The notes below the pieces were generated by a model that had not been told where the DNA came from, did not search any database, and saw only the letters and a program-made list of their open reading frames with translations. Of a DNA stretch of 64,000 nt, positions 45,023-55,023 are shown in pieces. The stretch is from Candidatus Omnitrophota bacterium. GTDB taxonomy: Bacteria > Omnitrophota > Gorgyraeia > Zapsychrales > Fredricksoniimonadaceae. The position numbers were made by a program, and so were the translations under genes. Numbering within the stretch: the stretch's first letter is position 1; each line of letters starts with the position of its first letter. The stretch covers positions 15,345 through 79,344 of the forward strand of contig JADFYI010000001.1 of NCBI GenBank assembly GCA_015233145.1, given 5' to 3'.

Positions 45023-45460
45023 ATGGCAGTTCAGAAGACAGCATTACCGACACAAGAGCAGATCAACAAGAAATTTTATCTCGTTAACGCCGATGGAAAA
45101 ACACTTGGCCGCCTTTCTGCCAGGATTGCGGCTATTCTTCGCGGGAAGAATAAAGCGGCTTTTACGCCGTTTATGGAAACGGGAGACAGCGTTATCGTTG
45201 TCAATGCCGAGAAGATTCGCGTGACCGGTAAAAAGATGACAGATAAGGTTTATGACCGTTATACCGGTTTTCATTCCGGTTTAAAGGGCGTCAAATTGCA
45301 GGATATGCTTGCCAAGCGTCCGAACAAGGTTTTAGAGCTTGCGATTCACCGTATGATTCCCAAGGGGAAATTGGGGATATGTCTTAAGAATAATTTGTTT
45401 ATTTATTCCGGCAGTGAGCATCCTCACAAGGCTCAAAAACCGGTTGTTTTGGACATTTAA
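45023..45460 (+). CDS. rplM: 50S ribosomal protein L13
   Basis: WYLVNADGKTLGRLSARIAAILRGK-type N-terminus and YTGFHSGLK. Confidence 0.97.
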   Translation: MAVQKTALPTQEQINKKFYLVNADGKTLGRLSARIAAILRGKNKAAFTPFMETGDSVIVVNAEKIRVTGKKMTDKVYDRYTGFHSGLKGVKLQDMLAKRPNKVLELAIHRMIPKGKLGICLKNNLFIYSGSEHPHKAQKPVVLDI

Positions 45461-45483
45461 TCGTTATTACGAGGAGCATTGAC

Positions 45484-45879
45484 ATGGTTGAAGTTGTTAA
45501 GTATTGTGCTACTGGCCGCAGAAAAACATCGATAGCCCGTGTGGTTTTAACGCCAGGCACAGGCAAGATTTTAGTGAACGGCAAGGGTTTTGAGGCCTAT
45601 TTTCCGCGTGAAACGGATCGTATCCTTATTTTGATACCGTTTAAATTGACCAATCTTTTTAATAAGTTTGATATGGAAGTCAATGCGTTGGGCGGCGGCA
45701 TTACCGGTCAGGCTGGAGCCATTAAAATGGCGATTTCAAGAGCCCTCACAATGTTTGATGCAACAACCCGTGCCGTGCTCAAGGACAACCTCTGCTTAAG
45801 GCGCGATTCCCGCATGAAAGAACGTAAAAAGCCTGGGCAGAAGGGGGCTCGCAGAAGATTCCAGTGGGTTAAACGCTAA
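45484..45879 (+). CDS. rpsI: 30S ribosomal protein S9
   Basis: GTGRRKTSIARV...GGGITGQAGAIKMAISRAL...RDSRMKERKKPGQKGARRRFQWVKR. Confidence 0.97.
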   Translation: MVEVVKYCATGRRKTSIARVVLTPGTGKILVNGKGFEAYFPRETDRILILIPFKLTNLFNKFDMEVNALGGGITGQAGAIKMAISRALTMFDATTRAVLKDNLCLRRDSRMKERKKPGQKGARRRFQWVKR

Positions 45880-45943
45880 TTTTTTCGTCGAAAATGCCGG
45901 CGTTTTTCGCCGATAATTTCCAGCCTATTCCTTCAAAAGTTTA

Positions 45944-45972
45944 TTGACGGAGTAGGCTTTTTCTTTTAATAT
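45944..45972 (+). promoter_or_regulatory. sigma70-like promoter candidate (TTGACG-17 nt-TAATAT) upstream of argC
   Basis: TTGACG at 45944-45949 and TAATAT at 45967-45972. An AT-rich stretch follows before the argC ATG. Confidence 0.4.
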
Positions 45973-46015
45973 AAAAACTCGTTATTTATTAATTATTAAT
46001 ATAGAATATCAATAT

Positions 46016-47035
46016 ATGATACGCGCAGGCATCGTCGGTATAAGTGGTTTTTCAGGAAAAGTGCTTTTGGACATCCTTCTTAAGCACACGGGAGTCCGTG
46101 TGACTTATGTGGCCGCACACACCACAACCGGCCGGGTGGATCATATCTGGCCTGAGTTTAAGAATCGGACAGACCTTGTGTGCGAAAAATACACCCTTGC
46201 GGGGGCTGTAAAAAATTGTGATGTTATTTTTCTGGCCCTTCCGCACACAGAGTCCATGAATACTGTCGACGGGCTTTTGGCCGCAGGAAAAAAGGTCATT
46301 GATTTAAGCGCGGATTACCGTTTGAAGAAAGTGTCTCTTTATAAGAAATGGTATCATGTTGACCACAAGGATTCTCAAAACCTTTCCAAGGCGGTTTATG
46401 GCCTGCCTGAGCTTTTCAGGGAAAAAGTGAGGAAGGCCAGGCTCGTGGCCAACCCCGGGTGTTATCCGACGGCAGCCATCTTAGGGCTTGCCCCCATGGT
46501 TTCCATATACCCCGGGAACATTGATTCGCTGACCATTGATGCCAAGTCCGGTGTTTCCGGGGCGGGGCGTAAAGTTGCCGAAGGCCTCATGCATTCCTTT
46601 GTGAATGAAAATTTCAAGGCCTACAGGGTTTTGAACCATCAGCATACGCCGGAGATTGACCAGTATTTGAGCCATTTGGCCAAACGGAATATGAACGTCA
46701 CTTTTGTGCCGCATCTTTTGCCGATTGATTCCGGAATCCTGGAAACAATCTACATCAGGCTTAAAACAAAAATTTTTGATAAAAAACTTTTTGAATTTTA
46801 CCGGAAGTTTTATAAGACAGAAACTTTTGTGCGTGTCTTGGATTTGGGATCGCAGCCGGAAATCAGAAACATTGTCAAAACAAACTTTTGTGATATCGGC
46901 CTTGCGGTGAGCGAGGATGGCAGGATGGTTGTTGTCACGTCTGCGATTGATAATCTCGTCAAGGGCGCAAGCGGCCAGGCTGTTCAAAACATGAATGTTA
47001 TGTTCGGGTTTAAGGAGACTGAAGGGCTTTTATGA
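46016..47035 (+). CDS. argC: N-acetyl-gamma-glutamyl-phosphate reductase
   Basis: IVGISGFSG, active-site NPGCYPTA, and IDNLVKGASGQAVQNMN. Confidence 0.95.
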   Translation: MIRAGIVGISGFSGKVLLDILLKHTGVRVTYVAAHTTTGRVDHIWPEFKNRTDLVCEKYTLAGAVKNCDVIFLALPHTESMNTVDGLLAAGKKVIDLSADYRLKKVSLYKKWYHVDHKDSQNLSKAVYGLPELFREKVRKARLVANPGCYPTAAILGLAPMVSIYPGNIDSLTIDAKSGVSGAGRKVAEGLMHSFVNENFKAYRVLNHQHTPEIDQYLSHLAKRNMNVTFVPHLLPIDSGILETIYIRLKTKIFDKKLFEFYRKFYKTETFVRVLDLGSQPEIRNIVKTNFCDIGLAVSEDGRMVVVTSAIDNLVKGASGQAVQNMNVMFGFKETEGLL

Positions 47036-48168
47036 AGATTGTGAAGGGGGGAGTTACGGCTCCCAGGGGTTTTAAGGCAAATGGTTTTTGGGCTGGCATC
47101 AAGCGTTCGGGAAAGCCTGATCTTGGGCTTATTTTCTCCGATGCACCTTGTGTTGCCGCGGCCGTATTTACAAAGAATTCTGTCAAGGCGGCGCCTGTTA
47201 TTGTCTGCATGAAAAATATCAAGAAGGGCGACAGCCGTGCGGTTATCGCCAATAGCGGCAATGCGAATTGCTTTACCGGAGAGTACGGCATCATGTATGC
47301 CGAAAAGATGACGGAAATCATTGCCACTCATCTTGATATTAAAAAAAGTCAGGTCTTGGTCATGTCAACCGGGATTATCGGCCGGCCGTTTCCTTATGAG
47401 AAAATCAAAGGGGCAGTCCCTGCCCTTGTTAAAGGGTTAAGTTCGAAAAAGGGGATCAATTTTGCCAAGGCCATCATGACGACCGATAAAAAGGACAAGC
47501 AGGCGGCGATCCAGGTCGAGATCAACGGCAAGGTAGTGACTATCGGCGGTTGTGCCAAAGGTTCCGGCATGATTGAGCCGAACATGGCGACCATGCTGGC
47601 TTCCGTTACCACTGACGCGGCGATCAGGCTTCCTTTGCTTAAGCTTGCGCTTAAACAGGCAGTGGATGTTTCCTTTAATTCCATTACGGTTGACGGATGC
47701 ATGAGCACCAACGACATGGTTTCTGTCCTTGCCAATGGCAGGGCGCAGAATAAAGTCATTTCCGCCCAGGGAGAAGATTTTGAACTTTTTTGTGATGCGC
47801 TCAAGTATGTTTGCTTAAAACTCGCCAAAGACATTGTCATTGACGGGGAAGGCGCTGAACGCGTTTTTGAAATTACAGTCACCGGCGCCAAAACAAAAAA
47901 ACAGGCCAAGACAGCGGCCATGAAAGTGGCGAATTCCAATTTGGTCAAGACTGCGGATTATACGGAAAATCCCAATTGGGGGCGTGTGGCCGCGGCGATC
48001 GGCGCTTGCGGGTTTAAGACAACGGAAGAGAACCTTAAAATTGATTTCTCTGTGAAAAAGAATTTTATTTACATTAATGCTGATCTGGGGTTGGGGGAGG
48101 CATCAGCGACAGTTTATACATGCGACCTTACACACGGGTATATCGACATCAATGGAAAATATAATTAA
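47032..48168 (+). CDS. argJ: bifunctional glutamate N-acetyltransferase / amino-acid acetyltransferase
   Basis: GFKANGFWAGIK and the autoprocessing site ATMLASVTTDA. ATGA overlap with argC. Confidence 0.95.
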   Translation: MKIVKGGVTAPRGFKANGFWAGIKRSGKPDLGLIFSDAPCVAAAVFTKNSVKAAPVIVCMKNIKKGDSRAVIANSGNANCFTGEYGIMYAEKMTEIIATHLDIKKSQVLVMSTGIIGRPFPYEKIKGAVPALVKGLSSKKGINFAKAIMTTDKKDKQAAIQVEINGKVVTIGGCAKGSGMIEPNMATMLASVTTDAAIRLPLLKLALKQAVDVSFNSITVDGCMSTNDMVSVLANGRAQNKVISAQGEDFELFCDALKYVCLKLAKDIVIDGEGAERVFEITVTGAKTKKQAKTAAMKVANSNLVKTADYTENPNWGRVAAAIGACGFKTTEENLKIDFSVKKNFIYINADLGLGEASATVYTCDLTHGYIDINGKYN

Positions 48169-49006
48169 AAAAGCCAGCGTTCTCGTAGAAGCTGTCCCGT
48201 ATATTCATCAATTCCGGCGTAAAGTTTTTGTCATTAAATACGGCGGGAGCGTCCTGCATGACGATGTTATCCGCCGAAGAATTCTTGAAGATATTGTTTT
48301 TTTAAGTTATGTCGGCATCCGGATCATCCTTATTCATGGAGGGGGTCCGCATATTTCCAACCGCCTGCGCGAGATTGGTGTCGAGCCGGAATTTCATAAC
48401 GGAATCCGCGTGACAGATGAAAAGACGCTCAAGGTCGTTATCGAAGAGCTTGATCAGATTAATGCCCAGATTGTCAACGAAATCCGCGAGCTCAAAGGCG
48501 ATGTCACGAGCCTGAGCGGCGATGAAAATCTTGTGCACGTTGAAAAGAAACAGGCTGACCGTGATTTGGGGTTTGTGGGCACCATTACGTCGATTGAAAA
48601 GAAACTTCTGGCCAGGCATTTGCGCAAGGGGCATATTACGGTTGTCTCGCCTTTGGGCATCAGTATCGAGCAGCAGCCCCATAACGTCAACGCCGATGAA
48701 GTGGCGAGCGCTATCGCATCATCCATGAGGGCGGAAAAGTTTGTGCTTTTGACGAATGTGCCCGGTGTCTTGCGCGACCCGAAAGACCCGAATTCTTTGT
48801 ACTCGACATTGACTGTGGCGCAGGTTGAAAAATTGAAGAAAGAAGGGATTATTGCCGGCGGGATGATCCCCAAAGTCGATTCCTGCGTAGAAGCTGTCAA
48901 CGGCGGGATCCCCAAGGCTCATATTATTGACGCGCGCATGGATCGTGCGCTCCTGCTTGAAATCTTCACAGATACGGGTGTCGGAACCCAGATTTTGCCG
49001 AAGTGA
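48152..49006 (+). CDS. argB: acetylglutamate kinase
   Basis: Start MENIIKKASVLVEAVPYIHQFRRKVFVIKYGGS (48152). HGGGP and NADEVA. Confidence 0.94.
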   Translation: MENIIKKASVLVEAVPYIHQFRRKVFVIKYGGSVLHDDVIRRRILEDIVFLSYVGIRIILIHGGGPHISNRLREIGVEPEFHNGIRVTDEKTLKVVIEELDQINAQIVNEIRELKGDVTSLSGDENLVHVEKKQADRDLGFVGTITSIEKKLLARHLRKGHITVVSPLGISIEQQPHNVNADEVASAIASSMRAEKFVLLTNVPGVLRDPKDPNSLYSTLTVAQVEKLKKEGIIAGGMIPKVDSCVEAVNGGIPKAHIIDARMDRALLLEIFTDTGVGTQILPK

Positions 49007-49038
49007 TTTTTCCTGAAATGGATTGAGGCTCTTGTCAG

Positions 49039-50226
49039 ATGACAAAAAAAGAAATTTTTGAAAATTATGATCAGTTTATCTTCCCGACTTACACGAGGAT
49101 GCCGGTCATCCTTGTCAAGGGCAAGGGGAGCGTTGTCACAGACATTGACGGAAAAAAGTACCTGGATTTCTTTCCAGGCTGGGGTGTTTCCAATGTCGGG
49201 CATTGCCACCCCAAGGTCATGGCCGCGGTGAGGGACCAGATCGGGAAGATGATCCACGTTCCCAATAATTTTTTTCATCCCAACCAGGCCAGGCTGGCCA
49301 GGGAAATCGTGAACCAGACATTCCCTGGAAAAGTTTTCTTTTGCAACAGCGGCGCTGAGGCGAATGAGGCGGCCATTAAATTTGCGCGCATTTATGGAGA
49401 GGGCCGGCGGTTTGAGATTATTACAACCCTGAACTCTTTTCATGGCCGGACGCTGGGCGCTTTGGCTGCTACAGGCCAAACCAAGTACCAGAACGGTTTT
49501 CAGCCGTTGCCTGGGGGGTTTAAGACAGTTCCTTTTAATGATATTGATGCCTTGAAGTTTGCGATTACGGACAAGACCGTTGCCATTATGCTGGAACTCA
49601 TTCAGGGCGAAGGCGGGATTAATATTGCCTCAAAAGAATATGTTCAGGAAGTCCGCCGGATTTGCGATGAGAAAAACATCCTTTTGATCCTGGATGAAGT
49701 CCAGACCGGAATAGGGCGGACCGGGGCAATGTTTGCCTACAAACATTTTTCTGTGGAGCCGGATGTCCTGACCATGGCCAAAGGACTGGGCGGCGGCATG
49801 CCTATCGGCGCGATGCTGGCCAAGAAATCCATTGCGCATATTTTAAAGCCGGGTATGCACGGCACAACCTTTGGCGGAAGCCCGATTGTGACCAAGGCAG
49901 CCATAGGGGTTTTTGAAGCCATTGCCAAAGAAAAGATGCTCAAAAATGCCAGGGATATGGGCGAGTATCTTGTCAGGAAGTTGACAGAGTTAAGCCATGA
50001 ATTCTCTTTCATTCTTGAAGTGAGGGGCCTTGGCCTTATGATTGGCGTTGAGCTTTCGATTGAAGGAAAACCGGTTTTTGACGAATGCCTTTCCCAGGGG
50101 CTCATTATCAATTGCACCCAGGGAAAAGTTTTGCGTATTATGCCGGCCTTGAACATCACCAAAAAGCAGGCCGATAAAGCGCTCTTGATTTTAAGAAATG
50201 CCCTCCAGAAGGTGGCCCTATCATGA
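49039..50226 (+). CDS. argD: acetylornithine aminotransferase
   Basis: FCNSGAEANEAAIK, LILDEVQTGIGRTG and TMAKGLGGG (PLP lysine). Confidence 0.94.
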   Translation: MTKKEIFENYDQFIFPTYTRMPVILVKGKGSVVTDIDGKKYLDFFPGWGVSNVGHCHPKVMAAVRDQIGKMIHVPNNFFHPNQARLAREIVNQTFPGKVFFCNSGAEANEAAIKFARIYGEGRRFEIITTLNSFHGRTLGALAATGQTKYQNGFQPLPGGFKTVPFNDIDALKFAITDKTVAIMLELIQGEGGINIASKEYVQEVRRICDEKNILLILDEVQTGIGRTGAMFAYKHFSVEPDVLTMAKGLGGGMPIGAMLAKKSIAHILKPGMHGTTFGGSPIVTKAAIGVFEAIAKEKMLKNARDMGEYLVRKLTELSHEFSFILEVRGLGLMIGVELSIEGKPVFDECLSQGLIINCTQGKVLRIMPALNITKKQADKALLILRNALQKVALS

Positions 50227-51170
50227 AGCCTGGAAAGGGACTTATGAAACGTGACTTTATCAGTTTAAAGGATTTCTCCTCAGGAGAAATTAGCAACCTT
50301 TTAAGCCTTGCCAAGCAACTGAAGTCCAATCCCCGCCACGGGTGCGATTTCTTAAAGGGCAAGTCTGTGGCCTTGATTTTCCAAAAGCCTTCGAACCGCA
50401 CGCGTGTTTCTTTTGAAACAGGGATATTCCAGCTAGGCGGCAATGCCATTTATCTTGCGCCGGATGATATCAGCCTTGGCAAGCGTGAGCCGACAGCAGA
50501 TATAGCCAAGACCTTGTCCCGTTATGTGGACGGCATTGTGGCGCGTGTGTTTTCGCACCACGACCTTTTGGACCTTGCCAAATACGCGACGGTTCCGGTC
50601 ATTAACGCGCTTTCCAACCTTTCGCATCCGTGCCAGGTGCTGGCCGATATCCTGACGGTGCAGGAGAAGTTCGGAAAACTCAAAGGCATCAAGTTCGCCT
50701 ATATCGGCGACGGTAATAATATGACGAATTCGCTTCTTATGGCCGGAGCTAAAACAGGGATGGCCATTTCCGTGGCCACTCCTAAAGGTTATGAGCCTGA
50801 CCGCGGTTATGTCAAAGCGGCTGAAGATGCGGCCAAAACAACAGGTGCCAAAATTGTCCTGACGCACGACCCGCGCGAGGCTGTGAAAGGCGCGCAGGTC
50901 ATCTATACGGATACCTGGGTCAGCATGGGGCAGGAAGACGAAAAGACTCAAAGGCTTAAGGATTTCGAAGGTTATCAGATTGATGAGAAACTTGCTTCTA
51001 TTGCCGATAAAAATTATATTTTCATGCATTGCCTTCCGGCCCACCGGGGCCAGGAGGTCACGGCAGATGTGATTGACGGGCCCCATTCTGTTATTTTTGA
51101 CGAAGCAGAGAACCGTTTGCATGCCCAAAAGGCGGTTATGATTTATCTGCATACGTTTAAACATCAATAA
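50223..51170 (+). CDS. argF: ornithine carbamoyltransferase
   Basis: FQKPSNRTRVSFE (STRTR-type carbamoyl-phosphate motif), HPCQVLAD and HCLPA. Confidence 0.95.
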   Translation: MKPGKGLMKRDFISLKDFSSGEISNLLSLAKQLKSNPRHGCDFLKGKSVALIFQKPSNRTRVSFETGIFQLGGNAIYLAPDDISLGKREPTADIAKTLSRYVDGIVARVFSHHDLLDLAKYATVPVINALSNLSHPCQVLADILTVQEKFGKLKGIKFAYIGDGNNMTNSLLMAGAKTGMAISVATPKGYEPDRGYVKAAEDAAKTTGAKIVLTHDPREAVKGAQVIYTDTWVSMGQEDEKTQRLKDFEGYQIDEKLASIADKNYIFMHCLPAHRGQEVTADVIDGPHSVIFDEAENRLHAQKAVMIYLHTFKHQ

Positions 51171-51186
51171 GAGGAGCGGTTGCTTT

Positions 51187-52362
51187 ATGAAGAAAGTTGT
51201 TCTTGCTTATTCCGGCGGGTTGGATACGTCGTGCATTATTCCGTGGCTCAAGGATCGCGGATATGAAATCATTGCCGTGATCGGCGATGTCGGCCAGGGG
51301 GATGATTTTAATAAAGTCAAGGCCAAGGCCATCAAGTCCGGTGCTGTGAAGGCGTATTGTCTGGATTTAAAAAAAGAACTGATTGAGGACTTTGCTTTCC
51401 CTGCGCTCAAGGCCGGGGCCCTTTATGAGGGGAAATATAACCTGGCGTGCGCGTTGTCGCGCCCGTTGATTGCCTATCACCAGGTGCTTGTGGCGCGTCA
51501 AGAAAAGGCTGACGGCCTGGTGCACGGCTGCACGGGAAAAGGCAACGACCAGGTCCGTTTTGAAGTGACCTACAGGTTAATGGCGCCCAAGATGGAAGTG
51601 ATCGCCCCTGTGCGTGGCTGGGAATTCAAGTCTCGCGACGAAGAGATTGATTATGCCAGGGCCAAGGGGATTCCTGTGACCGCAACGAAAAAGAGCCCGT
51701 ACAGCATTGATACCAATGTTTATGGCCGTGCCATGGAAAGCGGTGTTCTTGAAGATCCTATGGTCGAGCCGCCCAAAGATATTTTTTATATGACCGAAGA
51801 CCCCCAGAAGGCACCCCGTAAGCCTGGTTATGTGGAGATTGAATTCCTGAAAGGAATTCCCGTGGCTGTGAATGGGAAAAAGATGGCGCCGTTGCCTCTG
51901 GTTCTTAAATTAAATGAGATTGCAGGCAGGCACGGGGTTGGCCGTGTTGACATGATTGAAAACCGGCTGGTGGGGATCAAGTCGCGCGAACTTTATGAGA
52001 ACCCGGCAGGCACGGTGCTCCATTTGGGGATTCGTGAAATTGAAAGCCTGGTGCTTGACCGTGACAGCCTGCGTTTTAAAGAAATTTTATCCCAGAAATA
52101 CGCTGAGCTGACCTATAACGGGCTTTGGTGGACGCCGTTGAAGTCGCAGATGGACGCCTTTTTTAATAAGTATCATGAGCATACGACGGGTACTGTCCGC
52201 ATCAAGCTTTATAAAGGGAATGCCATGGTCGTGGGGCGCAGGTCTCCCCATTCCCGTTATAGCGAGAAGATGGCCACCTATGGCAAAGGAGATAAGTTCG
52301 ACCAGTCACTGGCAGAGGGTTTTATCAAGCTGTGGACTGTGCCGTTTCAGAAGCATCAATGA
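51187..52362 (+). CDS. argG: argininosuccinate synthase
   Basis: VVLAYSGGLDTS PP-loop, HGCTGKGNDQVRFE and GRVDMIENRLVGIKSRE. Confidence 0.96.
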   Translation: MKKVVLAYSGGLDTSCIIPWLKDRGYEIIAVIGDVGQGDDFNKVKAKAIKSGAVKAYCLDLKKELIEDFAFPALKAGALYEGKYNLACALSRPLIAYHQVLVARQEKADGLVHGCTGKGNDQVRFEVTYRLMAPKMEVIAPVRGWEFKSRDEEIDYARAKGIPVTATKKSPYSIDTNVYGRAMESGVLEDPMVEPPKDIFYMTEDPQKAPRKPGYVEIEFLKGIPVAVNGKKMAPLPLVLKLNEIAGRHGVGRVDMIENRLVGIKSRELYENPAGTVLHLGIREIESLVLDRDSLRFKEILSQKYAELTYNGLWWTPLKSQMDAFFNKYHEHTTGTVRIKLYKGNAMVVGRRSPHSRYSEKMATYGKGDKFDQSLAEGFIKLWTVPFQKHQ

Positions 52363-52378
52363 AGCCGGGGAGAGAAAT

Positions 52379-53752
52379 ATGTCCAAACTTTGGGGTTCGC
52401 GCTTTACAGGCCGTTTAAGCAGGCTTTCCGAGGAGTTTACTTTTAGTATTGCCTATGATTCCAAGTTGGCGCTTTATGATTGCATTGCGAGCATAGCCCA
52501 TGCCGAGATGCTTAAGAAACAAAAGATTATTCCTCAAAAGGATGCTTTGGCGCTCATTAAAGGCCTTAAAAAAATTATGGCTGATATTGAGTCAGGCAAG
52601 TTTAAATGCGATCCCAAATCTGAAGATATTCATACCGACATTCAGGTCAAACTTAAAAAGCTCATTGGCAGCGCGGCTGACAGGCTCCATACCGCGCGCT
52701 CCAGAAACGACCAGGTGGTGACAGATGTCCGGCTTTACTGCCTGGATCATCTCGAAGGGATTCTGGCCCTGATCGAGGGGCTTCAGATCGCTGTTGTGAA
52801 GTTTGCCGACAACTATCAGGATGTCATTATTCCCGCCTATACGCATCTTCAGTCAGCCCAGCTTGTGCTTTTGGCGCATCATATGCTGGCGTATGTGGAA
52901 ATGCTCGAGCGCGACAAGGGCCGCTTTGATGATGCGGCCAAGCGCATTGGCACAAATACTCTTGGCGCTTGCGCCCTCTCGGGGACAACCCTTCCGATTG
53001 ATAGAAATTTTGTGACGCAGAAACTTGAATTTTTATCAACGTCAGCCAACAGCATGGATGCGGTTTCTGACAGGGATTTTGTGATTGAGCTTTTAAGCGA
53101 TATCGCCATTACAGGCATGCACCTTTCCCGTATGTGCGAGGATTTGATCCTTTGGGTGACCAGCGAGTTTAACTTTATCACGCTCGATGATGCCTTTTGC
53201 ACCGGGTCTTCCATTATGCCGCATAAAAAGAATCCGGATGTCCTGGAACTCATTCGCGGCGCGTCATCAAAGTTCCCGGGCCGCCTGGTTGAGCTTTTGA
53301 TTCTCATGAAAGGGCTTCCTCTGACATACAATCGCGATATGCAGATGGATAAGCCGGCGCTTTTTGATTGTGTCGAAACGCTCGAAAACATGCTCGCCGT
53401 CATGGCCGAGCTCTTTGGCGGGATTAAGGTTAACCGCGAGCGTTTAAGCGCGCGTGTCAAAGACGAGTATTTCTTCAGCGTTGATATCCTCGACTACCTT
53501 GTGAAAAAGGGCCTTTCTTACCGTGAAGCCCACGACACGGTCGGCCTTATGGCCAAAGAGTGTCTGGATAAGGGGCAAAAAATTTCCGGGTTGTCTCTTT
53601 CTCAGCTTAAGAAGTATTCGCGGCTTTTTGAGCTTGATGTCAAGCGCCTTTTAACCCCCGAAGCTTCTGTCCGCGGGAAAAAATCATTGGGCTCAACGAA
53701 TCCGGTCATGGTGTCCAGCGAAATTAAGAAATGGAAAAAGAGGTTGCATTAA
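52379..53752 (+). CDS. argH: argininosuccinate lyase
   Basis: Start MSKLWGSRFTG (52379). RSRNDQV and GSSIMPHKKNPD signatures. The upstream extension in the ORF track overlaps argG and is rejected. Confidence 0.95.
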   Translation: MSKLWGSRFTGRLSRLSEEFTFSIAYDSKLALYDCIASIAHAEMLKKQKIIPQKDALALIKGLKKIMADIESGKFKCDPKSEDIHTDIQVKLKKLIGSAADRLHTARSRNDQVVTDVRLYCLDHLEGILALIEGLQIAVVKFADNYQDVIIPAYTHLQSAQLVLLAHHMLAYVEMLERDKGRFDDAAKRIGTNTLGACALSGTTLPIDRNFVTQKLEFLSTSANSMDAVSDRDFVIELLSDIAITGMHLSRMCEDLILWVTSEFNFITLDDAFCTGSSIMPHKKNPDVLELIRGASSKFPGRLVELLILMKGLPLTYNRDMQMDKPALFDCVETLENMLAVMAELFGGIKVNRERLSARVKDEYFFSVDILDYLVKKGLSYREAHDTVGLMAKECLDKGQKISGLSLSQLKKYSRLFELDVKRLLTPEASVRGKKSLGSTNPVMVSSEIKKWKKRLH

Positions 53753-55023
53753 TGTACCGGCACCCGATCCACAGTTTTAAATATAAAAACAATGAGCTTT
53801 TTTGCGAGGGCGTCAAGGTCAGCGCCATTGTTAAAAAGGCAGGCACACCTTGCTATATTTACAGCCACACGACTATTGTTGAGCATTTTCGAAAGATAAA
53901 ACATGCTTTTAAGGCTGTTGATCCGGTCATTTGTTTTTCCATGAAGGCCAACAGCAACCTCGCGGTCTTAAAAACACTGGTCAATGAGGGCGCGGGCCTT
54001 GATATTGTTTCCGGCGGAGAGCTTAAAAAAGCGTTATTGGTCAAGGCCAACCCTCAAAAAATTGCGTATGCTTCTGTGGGCAAGACCGACGAAGAAATTG
54101 TCGAGGCTATCCGCGCGGGGATTCTGCTTTTTAATGTGGAATCAAAACCGGAACTCCTCAACATTAACCGTATCGCCTTAAGGCTGAAAAAGAAAGTTCA
54201 GGTCGCGCTTCGGATTAATCCTGATATTGAGGCGCCGACCCATGAGAAGATCAATACCGGGAGCCTGAAAAAGAAATTCGGCATTGATTTAAAGACGGCC
54301 CGTGAAATCTTTTTAAATGCTGGGCAGTATAAGAACCTTTTCATTAACGGTGTCCATATCCATATCGGCTCGCAGATCACAAAAAGCGCGCCTTTTCTCG
54401 AGGCCATTGAAAAAGCGCTGGCGTTTATTGATGAGCTTTCCATGGATGGGGTGAGGATTGATTTTTTTGATATCGGCGGAGGGCTTGGGATTTTTTATAA
54501 AGACGAGACCCCCCAGACCGCCAAAGCGTATGCGGCAAAGGTGCTTCCGCTTTTAAAGGGGCGCAACTTCCGCCTTATTATGGAGCCGGGCCGGTTTGTG
54601 GTTGGCAATGCCGGTATTTTTGTGACCAGGAAACTTTACACCAAAGACAACGGCGTTAAGAAGTTCATGATTGTAGACGCCGGAATGAATGATTTTCTCC
54701 GTCCGAGCCTTTACGATGCGTACCATGAAATTGTGCCTGTGAAGAAAAACAAGGCAAAGCCCATTGTCTGCGATGTGGTGGGGCCTATTTGCGAGAGCGG
54801 GGATGTGTTTGCCCATGACCGGAAAGTGGCGGCCGCCAAAGACGGCGAATATCTGGTCATGATGAGCGCCGGGGCGTATGGTTATGTGATGTCGAGCAAT
54901 TACAATGTGCGGCCGCGTGCGGCTGAGGTGATGGTGAAAGGCAAAAACTGGGCCATTGTCCAAAAGCGGGAAAGTTTTAATGACCTTGTTCGCGGCGCGA
55001 GCATACCGGGATTCCTAAAATGA
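53752..55023 (+). CDS. lysA: diaminopimelate decarboxylase
   Basis: ATG at 53752 overlaps the argH stop (TAATG). FSMKANSN (PLP lysine), HIHIGSQ and CESGD. Confidence 0.94.
   Translation: MYRHPIHSFKYKNNELFCEGVKVSAIVKKAGTPCYIYSHTTIVEHFRKIKHAFKAVDPVICFSMKANSNLAVLKTLVNEGAGLDIVSGGELKKALLVKANPQKIAYASVGKTDEEIVEAIRAGILLFNVESKPELLNINRIALRLKKKVQVALRINPDIEAPTHEKINTGSLKKKFGIDLKTAREIFLNAGQYKNLFINGVHIHIGSQITKSAPFLEAIEKALAFIDELSMDGVRIDFFDIGGGLGIFYKDETPQTAKAYAAKVLPLLKGRNFRLIMEPGRFVVGNAGIFVTRKLYTKDNGVKKFMIVDAGMNDFLRPSLYDAYHEIVPVKKNKAKPIVCDVVGPICESGDVFAHDRKVAAAKDGEYLVMMSAGAYGYVMSSNYNVRPRAAEVMVKGKNWAIVQKRESFNDLVRGASIPGFLK

Noticed and set aside
45973-46015. AT-rich near-palindromic stretch before argC as an ArgR (ARG box) operator
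   Set aside because: I could not match the 18-bp TNTGAATWWWWATTCANW consensus convincingly. The AT-richness alone is not evidence.
52175-52378. 68-codon N-terminal extension of argH overlapping argG. The same issue affects usp (983), the epimerase (10086), rfbF (10587), ACT (12754), argB (48077), lysA (53731) and murB (35082).
   Set aside because: In each case family homology starts at an internal ATG with a Shine-Dalgarno sequence. The extension overlaps the upstream gene in another frame.
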